Shown one piece after another: positions 1 to 11,509 of a DNA stretch of 64,000 bases (its first letter is position 1; each line of letters starts with the position of its first letter). The position numbers and the translations under genes were made by a program. The stretch covers positions 10,788,001 through 10,852,000 of the forward strand of contig CATNEN010000007.1 in assembly GCA_950097015.1 (NCBI GenBank), written 5' to 3'. Below the pieces are notes generated by a model, which was not told the DNA's origin, ran no database searches, and saw only the letters and a program-made list of their open reading frames with translations. The DNA comes from Macrostomum hystrix. Lineage: Eukaryota > Animalia > Platyhelminthes.

Positions 1-505
1 ATCTGCTCACCGGTTACAGCAACTGATAAGGCTTGGGATCTACTCACCTGTTACAGCAACTGATGAGGGTGGGGATCTGCTCACCTGTTACTGCAACTGA
101 TGAAGCTGGGGATCTGCTCACCTGTTACAGCAACTGATGAAGCTGGTGTTTTGCTCACCTGTTACAGCAGCTGGTGAGGCTGGGGATCTGCTCACCTGTT
201 ACAGCAGCTGGTGAGGCTGGGGATCTGCTCACCTGTTACAGCAGCTGGTGAGGCTGGGGATCTGCTCACCTGTTACAGCAGCTGGTGAGGCTGGGGATCT
301 GCTCACCTGTTACAGCAGCTGGTGAGGCTGGGGATCTGCTCACCTGTTACAGCAGCTGGTGAGGCTGAGGATCTGCTCACCTGTTACAGCAGCTGGTGAG
401 GCTGGGGATCTGCTCACCTGTTACAGCAGCTGGTGAGGCTGGGGATCTGCTCACCTGTTACAGCAGCTGGTGAGGCTGGGGATCTGCTCACCTGTTACAG
501 CAACT
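1..505. repeat. 37-bp intronic minisatellite (GCTGGGGATCTGCTCACCTGTTACAGCAGCTGGTGAG)n
   Basis: Tandem units visible directly. The same unit family lies in the equivalent intron of the next paralogue (5245-6420). Confidence 0.95.
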
Positions 506-799
506 GTGCCACCTTGAATCGCCCCGAAGGTTCCTGATGGCCGCAATTTTCTATGGCATCGCGATGGGCGCCAAGAACTTGCCCGGCAGCATCTTCCTGA
601 CCTCCTTCCTCATCGGTCTGGTGGATTTTCCCGCCACCCTGATCATGCACCTGGCCTCCAACCGGCTGGGCCGAAGGACTACCTTCATCGCTGCACTGGG
701 CGGCTCCGCGCTGGCCCTACTCGGCCGGGCCGCTGTAAGCTACCTGGCCAAGGGTGAGTGGCATTCCTGATCTGCTGGGCCTGATAATAGGGTGACTGG

Positions 800-1020
800 G
801 TAGATCACTGCCACTATAAGAGTAGATCACCTGCCACAATGGGAGTAGATCACCTGTCACTATGGGAGTAGATCACCTGCCACAATGGGAGTAGATCACC
901 TGCCACAATGGGAGTAGATCACCTGCCACAATGGGAGTAGATCACCTGCCACAATGGGAGTAGATCACCTGCCACAATGGGAGTAGATCACCTACCACAA
1001 TGGGAGTAGATCACCTGCCA
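800..1020. repeat. 23-bp minisatellite (AGATCACCTGCCACAATGGGAGT)n
   Basis: Tandem units visible inside an intron. Confidence 0.95.
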
Positions 1021-1486
1021 CTCTTATGCTGCTTGCCTCGCACCCGTCAGACCTCACCTGGCTGCTCATCGCGCTATCGTTAACTGGCAAGATGCTGAAC
1101 TCCACAGCCTTCTCAATCCTGTACATCTGGACCGGGGAGCTGTTCCCCACCAACATGCGCAGCGCCGGCCTAGAGTAGAGAATACTACTGATTCTCTGCT
1201 CAGCTAGGTCAGTAGCACTGGTGGATTTTAGGCAGAAAAATATGAGAAACCAGCACACTCGATGACGCTGAACCCTTGCCTGAAACCATGCAACCCGCTG
1301 AACCGCAGCGCGACTTCGTACCCGGCGGCTTCGGGCCCGTAGTCGCCTACGCTGTCTTCGCCGTCAGCTCCTTTTTGTCGGCCGGGATTTCCTTCGCTGT
1401 GCCGGAAACCAAGGGCGTCACCATTTCGGACACGTTGAGGATCTGGTTAGGAGAAACAGGTGCACCGCTTGTCTAGCCGTCATGTT

Positions 1487-1697
1487 AGACAGTTCTCACA
1501 CCTGACAGTTCTCACACCTGACAGTTCTCACACCTGAAAGTTCTCACACCTGACAGTTCTCACCTGACAGTTCTCACACCTGACAGTTCTCACACCTGAC
1601 AGTTCTCACACCTGACAGTTCTCACACCTGACAGTTCTCACACCTGACAGTTCTCACACCTGACAGTTCTCACACCTGACAGTTCTCACACCTGACA
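1487..1697. repeat. 16-bp minisatellite (TTCTCACACCTGACAG)n
   Basis: Tandem units visible in the last intron of copy A. Confidence 0.95.
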
Positions 1698-2399
1698 CTT
1701 TAAACCTCCTGCAGGCCGGCAGCAAAGGAGCGGCGGATGCGGCAACGGGCGACCGGAACCTGCTGGCCAAATCCGGACAGGAGGGGCCGACGGAGAACAC
1801 ATTAGCTTGAGCTCGGCATGCTCAACTGGTAGCTCGAAGACTCAACTGAACTCGCGAGCCTCGAAAGTTAACGATTACGTGAATATTTGTACAATTAAGA
1901 CGCTTTGTACTGCTACGGTAGCTGATTGAAACCAAATAAGCAAATAAATTCATGCCGAATTCGAACACCTCTACTGTAAGTAGACGGAAAGTACAAAATA
2001 AATAAACTAGATGGCTCAGTTTGTTTTCGGTCGCAGTTGCATGTTAGGCTAGAAGGCTCGGGTTTGGACGACGATGAAAGCACCGCAAGCAGACACTGTA
2101 GGCGGCACCAGCCGTCACGCGTGCGTGTGGTTGGAGGCGTTCTGCGACTTTCTCTCTGCCACCTTTCTACCCCCCTATGCACGCACGTTAACTGATGTAC
2201 GGGGTGCGGCTTTAGCCGCCACCCCCAGCTCAACTCGGCTGTTATAAAATATACTGAATAGCATTGAAATCGCACTTGTGCTAATTTCGGCTATCGACTA
2301 CAAACAGTCATATTTCTCAGTTCTTACAGACACGGTTTGAGAGCTTTCCAATGCTGACAGGTAAAAAGACGAATACTCGGCCAGACATGAGAGACCGGT

Positions 2400-2710
2400 G
2401 ATGAGAGCAGGGGTGAGAGCAGGGTGAGAGCAGGATGAGAGCAGAGTGAGAGCAGGGTGAGAGCAGGGTGAGAGCAGGGTGAGAGCAGAGTGAGAGCAGG
2501 GGTGAGAGCAGAGTGGGAGCAGGGTGAGAGCAGAGTGAGAGCAGGGGTGAGAGCAGGGTGAGAGCAGGGTGAGAGCAGAGTGAGAGCAGGGGTGAGAGCA
2601 GGGTTGAGAGCAGGATGAGAGCAGAGTGAGAGCAGGGGTGAGAGCAGGGTGAGAGCAGAGTGAGAGCAGAGTGAGAGCAGGGTGAGAGCAGGGTGAGAGC
2701 AGGTGAGAGC
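2400..2710. repeat. ~11-bp minisatellite (GAGAGCAGGGT)n
   Basis: Tandem units visible. It explains the spurious Cys/His/Pro ORFs on the - strand. Confidence 0.9.
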
Positions 2711-3345
2711 GGCCGAAGTGGCTGGTCAGCTGGAAAATGCGCTCCATGGTGTTGAATAGAGCAGACAGGTTGAGCGCAGAGCAGGTGAGACGCAGTGGCT
2801 GCTTTTATTCGAGCACGGCATTTGTCGGTCACTTTATTATTTCTATTGTCTCCAAGCCATAGAACTTATTGCTGGTTGGGCTCTTCAACCGAGACTGCAA
2901 ATTGCGTAGTCCAGAGGGCCCGGGAAGATGCTGAAACACTGATAGGGCAGGGCGTGGCAGGGCGAGCCAGACTGCGGAGGGGTCGGACGTGGAAAGTTAA
3001 GAGACTCACAACGCCATCGCAGTGAGGGTCGCAGTCTGGGAGGCTGGCGAAGCAGCGGTGGGCGTGGCTCCATGGCTGCCAGTGGTAGGGCGAGGCAGAC
3101 ATTGTGGCTGCCAATTGTATCTCTCTGGTCCGCCCACCCCAGGGCAGTCCAACTGCAGTCTCGGTTGAAGAGCCCAACCAGCAATAAGTTCTATGGCTTG
3201 GAGACAATAGAAATAATAAAGTGACCGACAAATGCCGTGCTCGAATAAAAGCAGCCACTGCGTCTCACCTGCTCTGCGCTCAACCTGTCTGCTCTATTCA
3301 ACACCATGGAGCGCATTTTCCAGCTGACCAGCCACTTCGGCCGCT
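2708..3345. repeat. 192-bp inverted repeat, arms 2708-2899 and 3154-3345, spacer 254 bp
   Basis: Arms read as reverse complements. Identical peptides appear in opposite-strand ORFs (MTDKCRARIKAAT...). Confidence 0.95.
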
Positions 3346-6300
3346 TCCAGCTCCGGGTCACCGCGCTTCCCGTGCTCGTGTCCCTGCTGTCCGCCTTCCA
3401 CGTGCTGGCGCCCATCTATGTGCTGTACGAGCCACCCAGGTTCAGGTGAGAGCTGCCGGCCCAACGACTCACTGACCCACTGACCCACTGACCCACTGAA
3501 ATACTAACCTACTGAGCCACTGACCTACTGAGCCACTGACCTACTGACCTACTGACCCACTGACCCACTGACCTACTGACCCACTGACCCACTGACCCCC
3601 TGACCCAGATGTCGCCTGCCTGAGGAGTCCTGGTGGCACGCCAACGACAGCCTGCTTGTGCAGAGCGCCGAGCACAACGCAAGCATCCTGCAGTTCGCGC
3701 CAGACCCGGATGCCGTCAACTCCAGCAGCCGAAGCCGCTGCTACATCCGAGTCAACGACAGCGACCGCACCTGCTCGGACTGGGTCTTTGACACCAACGA
3801 GTTCGACAGTACACTGGTCACTGAGGTGGGCGCTGCCCGAGTCGGTAACTTTGTTTCATATTCAACTGCATCACAACTGCATCATATTCAACTCACCTTT
3901 CCCAGCTCGGACTCGTGTGCGGCCGCGCCAAATTGACCACCTTGATCTCCACGTGTGGCTTCGCTGGCATTTTGGTGGGAATCCTGCTTTCGGGATACCT
4001 GGCCGACTGGTGAGCTGACCCTCTGACACTGACCCACTGACCCAGTAACCTACTGATCCACTGCTACCTGGCCCATTGGTGAGCTGACCCACTGACCCTG
4101 ACTCACTGACCCACTGCTACCTGGCCCATTGGTGAGCTGACCCACTGACCCTGACTCACTGACCCACTGCAACATGGCCCACTGGTGAGCTGACCCTCTG
4201 ACCCTGACCCACTTACTCACTGACCCACTGCTACCTGACCGACTGGTGAGCTGACTCCACTGAGCCTGACCCACTGACCCACTGACCTACTGAACCATTG
4301 ACACACTAACCTATTTACCCATTCACCCAATGACCCACTTGACTCATTAGCACAGTTACACGTGGACCCACTGACCATGTAACCCACTGGACCACTGACG
4401 CATTGATCCACGGAACAACTGACCCACTGACCCTCTGACTCTCTGACCCACTGATCCACTGAATAACTGACCCGTTGAACGACTGACCCACTTACCAACT
4501 GACCCGGCGACCCCAGGCTGGGCAGGCGCGTGGGCCTGATCGTCTCCCTGTGGGTGCTGGCGGCTGCCCAGGCGACCTCGATTTTCGCCGTGTCCGTCGC
4601 ATTTACCGCCGCCATCCGCTTCCTGATCGGCCTGGGCGCGCTGTCATCAGTTACCGTGGCCTACGTGATGATCTTCGAGTTTGTGGGGCCGCGGGCCCGC
4701 CACCACATGTCCGCCGTGTTCGGCTACAGCTGGGCCACCGGAACTGCCATAGCTGCCCTGACAGCCTACCTCAGCAGGTTTGAACTCTCTCCTCTTCTCT
4801 TCCATGCTCGCCCACTTGAGACACTTTTGACCCCCAACGGCGGCTCAAATTTTTCATCGGGCATCCCACATTCACTGACACAAGTTTTGACTCGCTGAAC
4901 TCATTCTTGAGCAGATCCTGGCGCAGTTACGCCATTTGCACCCTGGTGCCCACGCTTCTGATGCTGCTGCTGGCGCACCTGCCCTGCATGGCACCGGAGT
5001 CGCCGCGCTGGCTGATGTCGCGAGGTCGCGGTCGCGACGCCGGTCGCATCGTCCACCAGATGCTGCTGGACAATGGCCACAGCGCCGAGCAGGCCAGCGC
5101 GGCCGTCAAGGAGCTGCTCAGCTCCAGCGAGGATGCGGCTGCTCCGGGCGAGGAGAGGGGCGGACACTCGGTGCGGCGATCCCTGCGAATGCTGGCGCGG
5201 AGTCCCCGGCTGCTGCTGAGGTTCGGCATAATCTGCTGCAACTGGTGAGACTGGGGATGTGCTCACCTGTGACTCACAGCAGCTGGTGAGACTGGGATGT
5301 GCTCACCTGTGACTCACAGCAGCTGGTGAGGGTGGGGATGTGCTCACCTGTGACTCACAGCAGCTGGTGAGACTGGGATGTGCTCACCTGTGACTCACAG
5401 CAGCTGGTGAGACTGGGGATGTGCTCACCTATGACTCACAACAGCTGGTGAGGGTGGGGATGTGCTCACCTGTGACTCACAACAGCTGGTGAGGCTGGAA
5501 TCTGCTCACTTGATGATCTGCTCACCTGTGACTCACAGCAGCTGGTGAGGATGGGATCTGCTCACCTGTGACTCACAGCAGCTGGTGAGGCTGGGGATCT
5601 GCTCACCTATCTATCTATCTATTTGCAGGGGGCCCGGGGCACTTGTCGCACAAGCGACGGAGCGGCACGCCCCAGACCGGCGAACTAGGCGCTTAGCGCC
5701 CATCGCGCCGCCTCCCCTGAGCAGGCACCACACACAGCAGCACAGACCAGCCGGGGAGGGCAGGAGGCACCCAGAATAGGCAGCAGTGCCCCTCCACCCC
5801 AGCCCCACACGCACAGAGCAGACCAAGCCGGGGCGGAAGGCTGATAAGAAATCAGTCCTCAGGGGGGGCCGGGTGATGGGTGTACACTTATCCAATCGCG
5901 CTGACGGAAATCCAAAAAGCGCGCGGCGGTGTACACCCGCCCCCAGCCACCCCCCCCCCGAAAGGCCTCACGCCCCAGCGCCAACGCAAACAACTCACGC
6001 AACGCAGAACAGGCACACAGAAGGTAGGAGCGAAGCTATTATTTCAAGCTTTGATTGCACGAAAAATGGTGCACCTCCGCCGGTCGCTACTGTCCAAACC
6101 CTCCAACAAGTCCCGAAATTAATCGTGACTTGAAGGGAGAATCGAACTAGCGTCCATTGGAGTGCGAGGCAGCGACGCTAGCCGCTGACCCACTCGCCCC
6201 TCATCTGCTGACCTATCTCTCACAACAAATGGTGAGGCTGGAATCTGCTCACCTGGGATCTGCTCACCTGTGACTCACAGCAGCTGGTGAGGCTGGGGAT

Positions 6301-7640
6301 CTGCTCACCTGTTACAGCAACTGGTGAGGCTGGGGATCTGCTCACCTGTTACTGCAACAGATGAGGCTGGGGGTCTGCTCACCTGTTACTGCAGCTGGTG
6401 AGGCTGGGTATCTGCTCACCTGTGCCACCTTAAAAAAAACACCGCAGGTTCTTGGTGGCGGCAGTGTACTATGGCATCGCCATGGGTGCCAAGAACTTGC
6501 CCGGCAGCATCTTCCTGACCTCCTTCCTGATCGGCATCGTGGACTATCCGGCCTACCTGATCATGCACCTGGCCTCCAACCGGCTGGGCCGAAGGACCTC
6601 CTACATTGCGGCTCTGGGCGGCTCCGGGCTGGCCCTGCTCGCCCTGGCTGCTGTCAGCTACCTGGCCAAGGGTGAGACTCTGTCGCCTGTAACTGCCTGC
6701 GCTTCTTCGTTTTTCTCCTCGCTGTTGTGGTGCAGCTAGCTTATGGCGCACAGAAGGTGTGCTTTCCCACGCTTTCAGGGTCTGTTGGACGGGATCCATC
6801 GGACCGTGGCGAGTCGTGAGACCAAATTCGTGTGTAGGCCGCTACAGACGACATAGATATTCCTTTACTGGGTTGTGGCGCGCAGCGTGCAAGAAGCTGA
6901 CGCTCACTTGCCTCCGCAGATCTCACCTGGCTGATCATTGCGCTGTCCCTGGCCGGCAAGATGCTGAACTCCGCCGGGTTCGCCACCACCTACATCTGGA
7001 CCGGGGAGCTGTTCCCCACCAACATGCGCAGCGCCGGCCTGTCCACCAGCTCCATGTGCGCCCGCTTCGGCACCCTGTTCGCCCCGCTGCTGGGCAATAT
7101 TGTGAGCCAATGCCCTTTGCATGCTACTGGCTGACTAGAAAGTAGGATTTTCATGATTGTTAGATTTTTTGCCCCCGAACTTATCAGCTCTGAAATCTCT
7201 CAACTTCACCTTCAGCGTGACTTCGTCTCCGGGGACTTCGGGCCCGTGGTCTCTTTCATTGTCTTCGCCGCCAGCTCCTTCCTGTCAGCTGGAATCTCAT
7301 TCGCGCTGCCGGAGACCAGGGGCCAAGCGATTCCGGACTCGGTGGAGGACCTCATTGGCAAGGGCAGGTGAGCTGCTTGTTGCTGAGTATGGGGTGGGTG
7401 AGCTGCTGGTTGCTATGGGGTTTTGAGTTGTGTCAGTAGGTTGGGTGTCAGTGAATTGTGCAGTTTCTAACTTTCAGTTTAAAGCGAAGCCCTCACACCC
7501 ACCTGCGCAGCCCGTCGGTGAAGGAATCGGAGGCCGCAGGAGAGTACCTTCAGGTCAGGACAGGCGGACTCGAGCTGAGCCGACGGACTGACCTAGAGCA
7601 CCTGTACTCGAGCGAACTACTCATTTTCAGAACAACATGA
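3306..7640 (+). CDS. SLC22/organic cation transporter-like MFS protein, copy B (exons ~3306-3445, 3609-3825, 3906-4009, 4517-4777, 4915-5244, 6448-6671, 6920-7101, 7216-7367, 7478-7640)
   Basis: N-terminal 'FGRFQ', loop 'CSDWVFD...STLVTE(LGLVC)', 'ADWLGRR', 'EFVGP', 'PESPRWL', 'ELFPTNMRS' and 'LPETRG'. GT-AG junctions keep the frame. Confidence 0.9.
3465..4510. repeat. Degenerate (ACTGACCC)n arrays in introns 1 (3465-3608) and 3 (4010-4510) of transporter copy B
   Basis: 8-bp units and longer higher-order units containing TGGTGAGCTGACCC are visible. Confidence 0.85.
5245..6420. repeat. 37-39-bp minisatellite filling intron 5, interrupted by a SINE
   Basis: Units CTGGTGAG(A/G)CTGGG(G)AT(G/C)TGCTCACCTG... 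lie on both sides of 5608-6200. Confidence 0.9.
5608..6200 (-). mobile_element. tRNA-derived SINE (~590 bp) with (ATAG)n tail
   Basis: The - strand starts GGGGCGAGTGGGTCAGCGGCTAGCG...GCTAGTTCGATTCTCCC (Pol III A- and B-box-like) and ends AATAGATAGATAGATAG. It interrupts a tandem array. Confidence 0.75.
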
Positions 7641-7839
7641 GTTCAATCTGCTACAGACTTTGAGAATTTTATTGCTTTTCTCGACAACTTCAGCATGCGA
7701 TTCAGCGCAGCTTATAACTGACTCAAAATACACCAATTGCGCTTCTAAGCTCATTAGTTGCAATGAGACCTAGAGAGCCTTAAGCTGAGGTTTGGGAATC
7801 TAGATTTTTAGGTTATTTATCAGCGGCATCAGCGACGCT

Positions 7840-8341
7840 TATCGGCAATTCTTATCTAGTATCAGCAATTCTTATCTAGTATCAGCAATTCTTATCTAGT
7901 ATCAGCAATTCTTATCTAGTATCAGCAATTCTTATCTAGAATCAGCAATTCTTATCTAGTATCGGCAATTCTTATCTAGTATCAGCAATTCTCATCTAGC
8001 ATCAGCAATTCTTATCTAGTATCAGCAATTCTTATCTAGTATCAGCAATTCTTATCTAGCATCAGCAATTCTTATCTAGCATCAGCAATTCTTATCTAGT
8101 ATCAGCAATTCTTATCTAGTATCAGCAATTCTTATCTAGCATCAGCAATTCTTATCTAGTATCAGCAATTCTTATCTAGTATCAGCAATTCTTATCTAGT
8201 ATCAGCAATTCTTATCTAGTACCAGCAATTCTTATCAAGTATCAGCAATTCTTATCTAGTATCAGCAATTCTTATCTAGTATCAGCAATTCTTATCTAGT
8301 ATCAGCAATTCTTATCTAGTACCAGCAATTCTTATCTAGTA
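7840..8341. repeat. 20-bp minisatellite (ATCAGCAATTCTTATCTAGT)n, ~25 units
   Basis: Tandem units visible. Confidence 0.97.
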
Positions 8342-8739
8342 ACTCGTATTAGCGATATTCGGTCTCATCACAGCATCCGGGTCCCTTATCAGTCTGTAGT
8401 TGCTGCGGGCTGTTTCCCATTAACTGCACTCCAGCTCATGATCCGCTTCCCTCAGTGCAAACACGTCTGAAGCCCCTCCGGCCTTCACGGCGGCTCGAGC
8501 AGAGTTACAAAACTTGTTAGATTCCTGAGCAGCAAGGAGCAGCTTTGATGGCTTCTCTGAGCTCACTCGGGCGAGAGGGGCGCCTCTTTGAATGCATCTG
8601 CGAGCAGCCGGCGGCAGCTCCGGACTCAGGCGCGCAGGGGGCATGGGACACAGGCACCGATCACGCAATGCATTGCAACATGAGCCGCTTTGATCCTCTT
8701 CAGCGGACAAAAACTTCAGCATGGGCAATGAGCAGCTAG

Positions 8740-8890
8740 TAATGCGGCTGCAGTCAGTTGGGAAGGCGGCTGCAGTCAGTTGGGAATGCGGCTGCAGTCA
8801 GTTAGGAATGCGGCTGCAGTCAGTTGGGAATGCGGCTGCAGTCAGTTGGGAATGCGGCTGCAGTCAGTTGGGAATGCGGCTGCAGTCAGT
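8740..8890. repeat. 22-bp minisatellite (GAATGCGGCTGCAGTCAGTTGG)n
   Basis: Tandem units visible. Confidence 0.95.
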
Positions 8891-9108
8891 AGTACAATAT
8901 CCAAACGCTCCCTGAGTGACACTCGTCGGGCTTCTCAACCGCAGATCCCAAGCGCGCAGTCCCCCACCTTTCTGAGCTCTCCCGGCGAGCCAATGAGCTC
9001 TCTCCTCCCACCCTCCCCTCCCCTCCCCTTCCACAGGTGAGAATGCGGCTTTAACGAGCCTAGGCGTGGAGGCGGGCGCTCCTTTGCCCTGCTGCCGCTC
9101 ACTCAGAC

Positions 9109-9705
9109 ATGTCAACGGCTACAACACCACAGCCAACGACCCCGCCGGCCAGTGTCGGCCACGGCGGCGGCCTACCCCGGCCTCCCGTCTGGTCGGTGCA
9201 CCTTGCCATCGGCCTGCTGTTCCTTGCCTTCCTGGTCTTCTCCTTCGCCAGGCACCACGCCCGCCGGAAGCAGGGCCGCTGGCACGATCCGGCCTCGGCA
9301 GCCGCCTGCCATCAACGCCGACAGCTGCGCCGGCTGCAGCAGCAGGGCCGCTGCGGGACCAACGGTGGCGGCGCCGCCGGCGTTAGCGGCGGTGGCAGCA
9401 GCGGCAACGGAGGCGGCATCGGCAGCGGTGGCAGCGGCAGCGGCGGATGCCGAGCAGTCGGCAGCACGGCAGCCGGGATGTCCATGGCGATGCGCGCCTT
9501 CCGGAAGAAGCCGCTCGGTGGCGCTGGGGGCGGAGGTAGCGGCGGTATCATCGGCGGCACCGGTGGCGGTGGCAGCGGCAGCGGCTGCCTGACACCGAAC
9601 CACAGCGGCTGCGGCTTCGGCGCCGGCGACAGCCTCGGCTGCGACTTTGGCGACATGCAGCACTCGGCGCAGCCGCAGAGGGCCGCGGCCATCACCTTCT
9701 TCTGA
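9109..9705 (+). CDS. Hypothetical 198-aa single-pass membrane protein with Gly-rich tail
   Basis: ATG follows CTCAGAC. Codon usage is GC3-rich like the host exons. One hydrophobic helix (VHLAIGLLFLAFLVFSFA) is followed by a basic stop-transfer (RHHARRK). The 3' flank is AT-rich. Confidence 0.6.
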   Translation: MSTATTPQPTTPPASVGHGGGLPRPPVWSVHLAIGLLFLAFLVFSFARHHARRKQGRWHDPASAAACHQRRQLRRLQQQGRCGTNGGGAAGVSGGGSSGNGGGIGSGGSGSGGCRAVGSTAAGMSMAMRAFRKKPLGGAGGGGSGGIIGGTGGGGSGSGCLTPNHSGCGFGAGDSLGCDFGDMQHSAQPQRAAAITFF

Positions 9706-9936
9706 CATTGCCGGACAGCTTAAAACTTGTTCTCAAATGCCAAGCACCTGAATTACACGAATGCCTCCGCATTACCGTTTCTGAAGATGAGCGAATGCTG
9801 CGACTGCTCGCCAACTCAGCCTGGCCTTCTTTTTCGAGTTTTTTCTTGATCCAAAAAAAATTTTACTTGCGTTTTTTCTCAATGTTTTTGTTGTTTCTTC
9901 TATAATCAAAATTTCATTGTGCCAGGTAACGCTCTT

Positions 9937-10148
9937 TGTCAGCAAAGTTCTGTGTCAGCAATGTTCTGTGTCAGTAATGTTCTGTGTCAGTAATGTTCTG
10001 TGTCAGTAATGTTCTGTGTCAGTAATGTTCTGTGTCAGTAATGTTCTGTGTCAGTAATGTTCTGTGTCAGTAATGTTCTGTGTCAGTAATGTTCTGTGTC
10101 AGTAATGTTCTGTGTCAGTAATGTTCTGTGTCAGTGTTGTTCTGTCAG
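9937..10148. repeat. 16-bp minisatellite (AGTAATGTTCTGTGTC)n
   Basis: Tandem units visible. Confidence 0.95.
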
Positions 10149-11000
10149 TGGTGAGCCCACCTTGGGTAGGTGAGCTGTGAGGGCTCTTCAATATCAGATT
10201 TGGCCAGCATGGAGCAGAACGCACTTGATTTCGGCTATTCGATGGCGGCGATGCGGATTCAGTAGGAAATGCGCTGCGCCAGTGAATGCAGTTTTAGCTG
10301 CCTCAACCGCTGAACTGCGAGCAACAAAAGCGCTTTGTGTGAGCGCTAATTATGAGTATTTGAGCAGACCGCACAGCCAGCATGGGAGGCTGATGGCCCG
10401 GGTCGAGCTCGGGACTTGAATCAGGCTTTTTAATAATTGCACGCATCCCATTCTTTGAGCACCTGCTCAATGTGAGCAGTGTTTGAGCACAATTCCTTTT
10501 TCGTAATCCTCTCGATATGAAAATCTGAATTAAAACATCAAGCTAAGCGCGAGGGTGAAAATTAACAGGGGGTGGAGAGAGCTGAGCCCGGAATGTGACG
10601 CCTGCTGAGAGTTTGAGAGGCTGCTGATATCGCACGATGAGGTTGTCAGGCAGATGGGAAAGCTGAGCTGGGATTCCGCAACATTTTTGTCCGGCTCCCG
10701 TGTTCCTCCCATCCTACCTACAGGGCCTGAGCAGCCGCCCAACCCCCTCCTTGGCCGAGGGTGAAAGGTGGCACCTCGGCTGGCCGAGAGCTGGCTCAGT
10801 CAGCCGCCCGCAGCTTCTCCTCTTCCGCCTGGCCCGCCGGCCAATCTCATAATGAAGCTTCGACGGCAGGAAGCGGCTCGAAAAGCTAAGTAATTACTCG
10901 ACACTGCTTGCAGGTGTATTTTCATGGGCTTCAATGTTGACTGGCGGAATATCCTTGGAAATCAAACCTGAGCGGGAATGTTGTTAGCTGGCTTAGTTTT

Positions 11001-11033
11001 GGGTTAGGGTTAGGGTTAGGGTTAGGGTTAGGG
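11001..11033 (+). repeat. Interstitial telomeric-type (TTAGGG)5 tract
   Basis: GGGTTAGGGTTAGGGTTAGGGTTAGGGTTAGGG read directly. Confidence 0.9.
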
Positions 11034-11509
11034 TAGAGTTAAACTTAATTCGGACGTGTTCAATCGTTCGCAACCCGAGCGGTTTGTATATCAGACAACC
11101 AGAAGTTGATTTCGCAACTTTTTGGGACAGAAAAAACATTTATTTCAGTCGACAGGTATGACCTGGCCCGCCGACCAAGCCCGTTGAAGATTCTAACTTT
11201 GTTCTTTTGGATCTTTGCCACTTGCCGTCTCTGGCATCATAAGCATAATTAATGCCACTGCCGCGTGTAACACGACCCCCGCCCTGATCTCCAGTCGACC
11301 CAGCTGCTCCTCTACCGTCTAGTCGCCGCTTCTTGGTGACAATTATGTGCTTAAATAGAGGCTGATTGATGGGGAAGATGGAAGTGAGGGAAAATGAAGA
11401 ACAACAAGGAATTTGGTGTCACAACTGACGACTGAAGATGGGAGATGGGAAAGAGATTCCGTTTCTGAAAGATAATAAGCAGCTGGAAAGCAGGACGTGT
11501 TTTGCAAAT

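Larger units (their letters stand above)
530..1810 (+). pseudogene. 3' part of SLC22/organic cation transporter-like gene, copy A, apparently disrupted (exons ~530-753, 1051-1178, 1309-~1459, 1714-1810)
   Basis: Motifs 'NRLGRR', 'ELFPTNMRSAG' and 'PETKG' match exon for exon with copy B. The exon at 1051 breaks off at TAG 1176-1178 and lacks the STSSMCARFG... segment. A 1-bp frameshift near 1437 is implied (TTG[G]AGGAT would give DTLEDL). Assembly error cannot be excluded. Confidence 0.7.
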
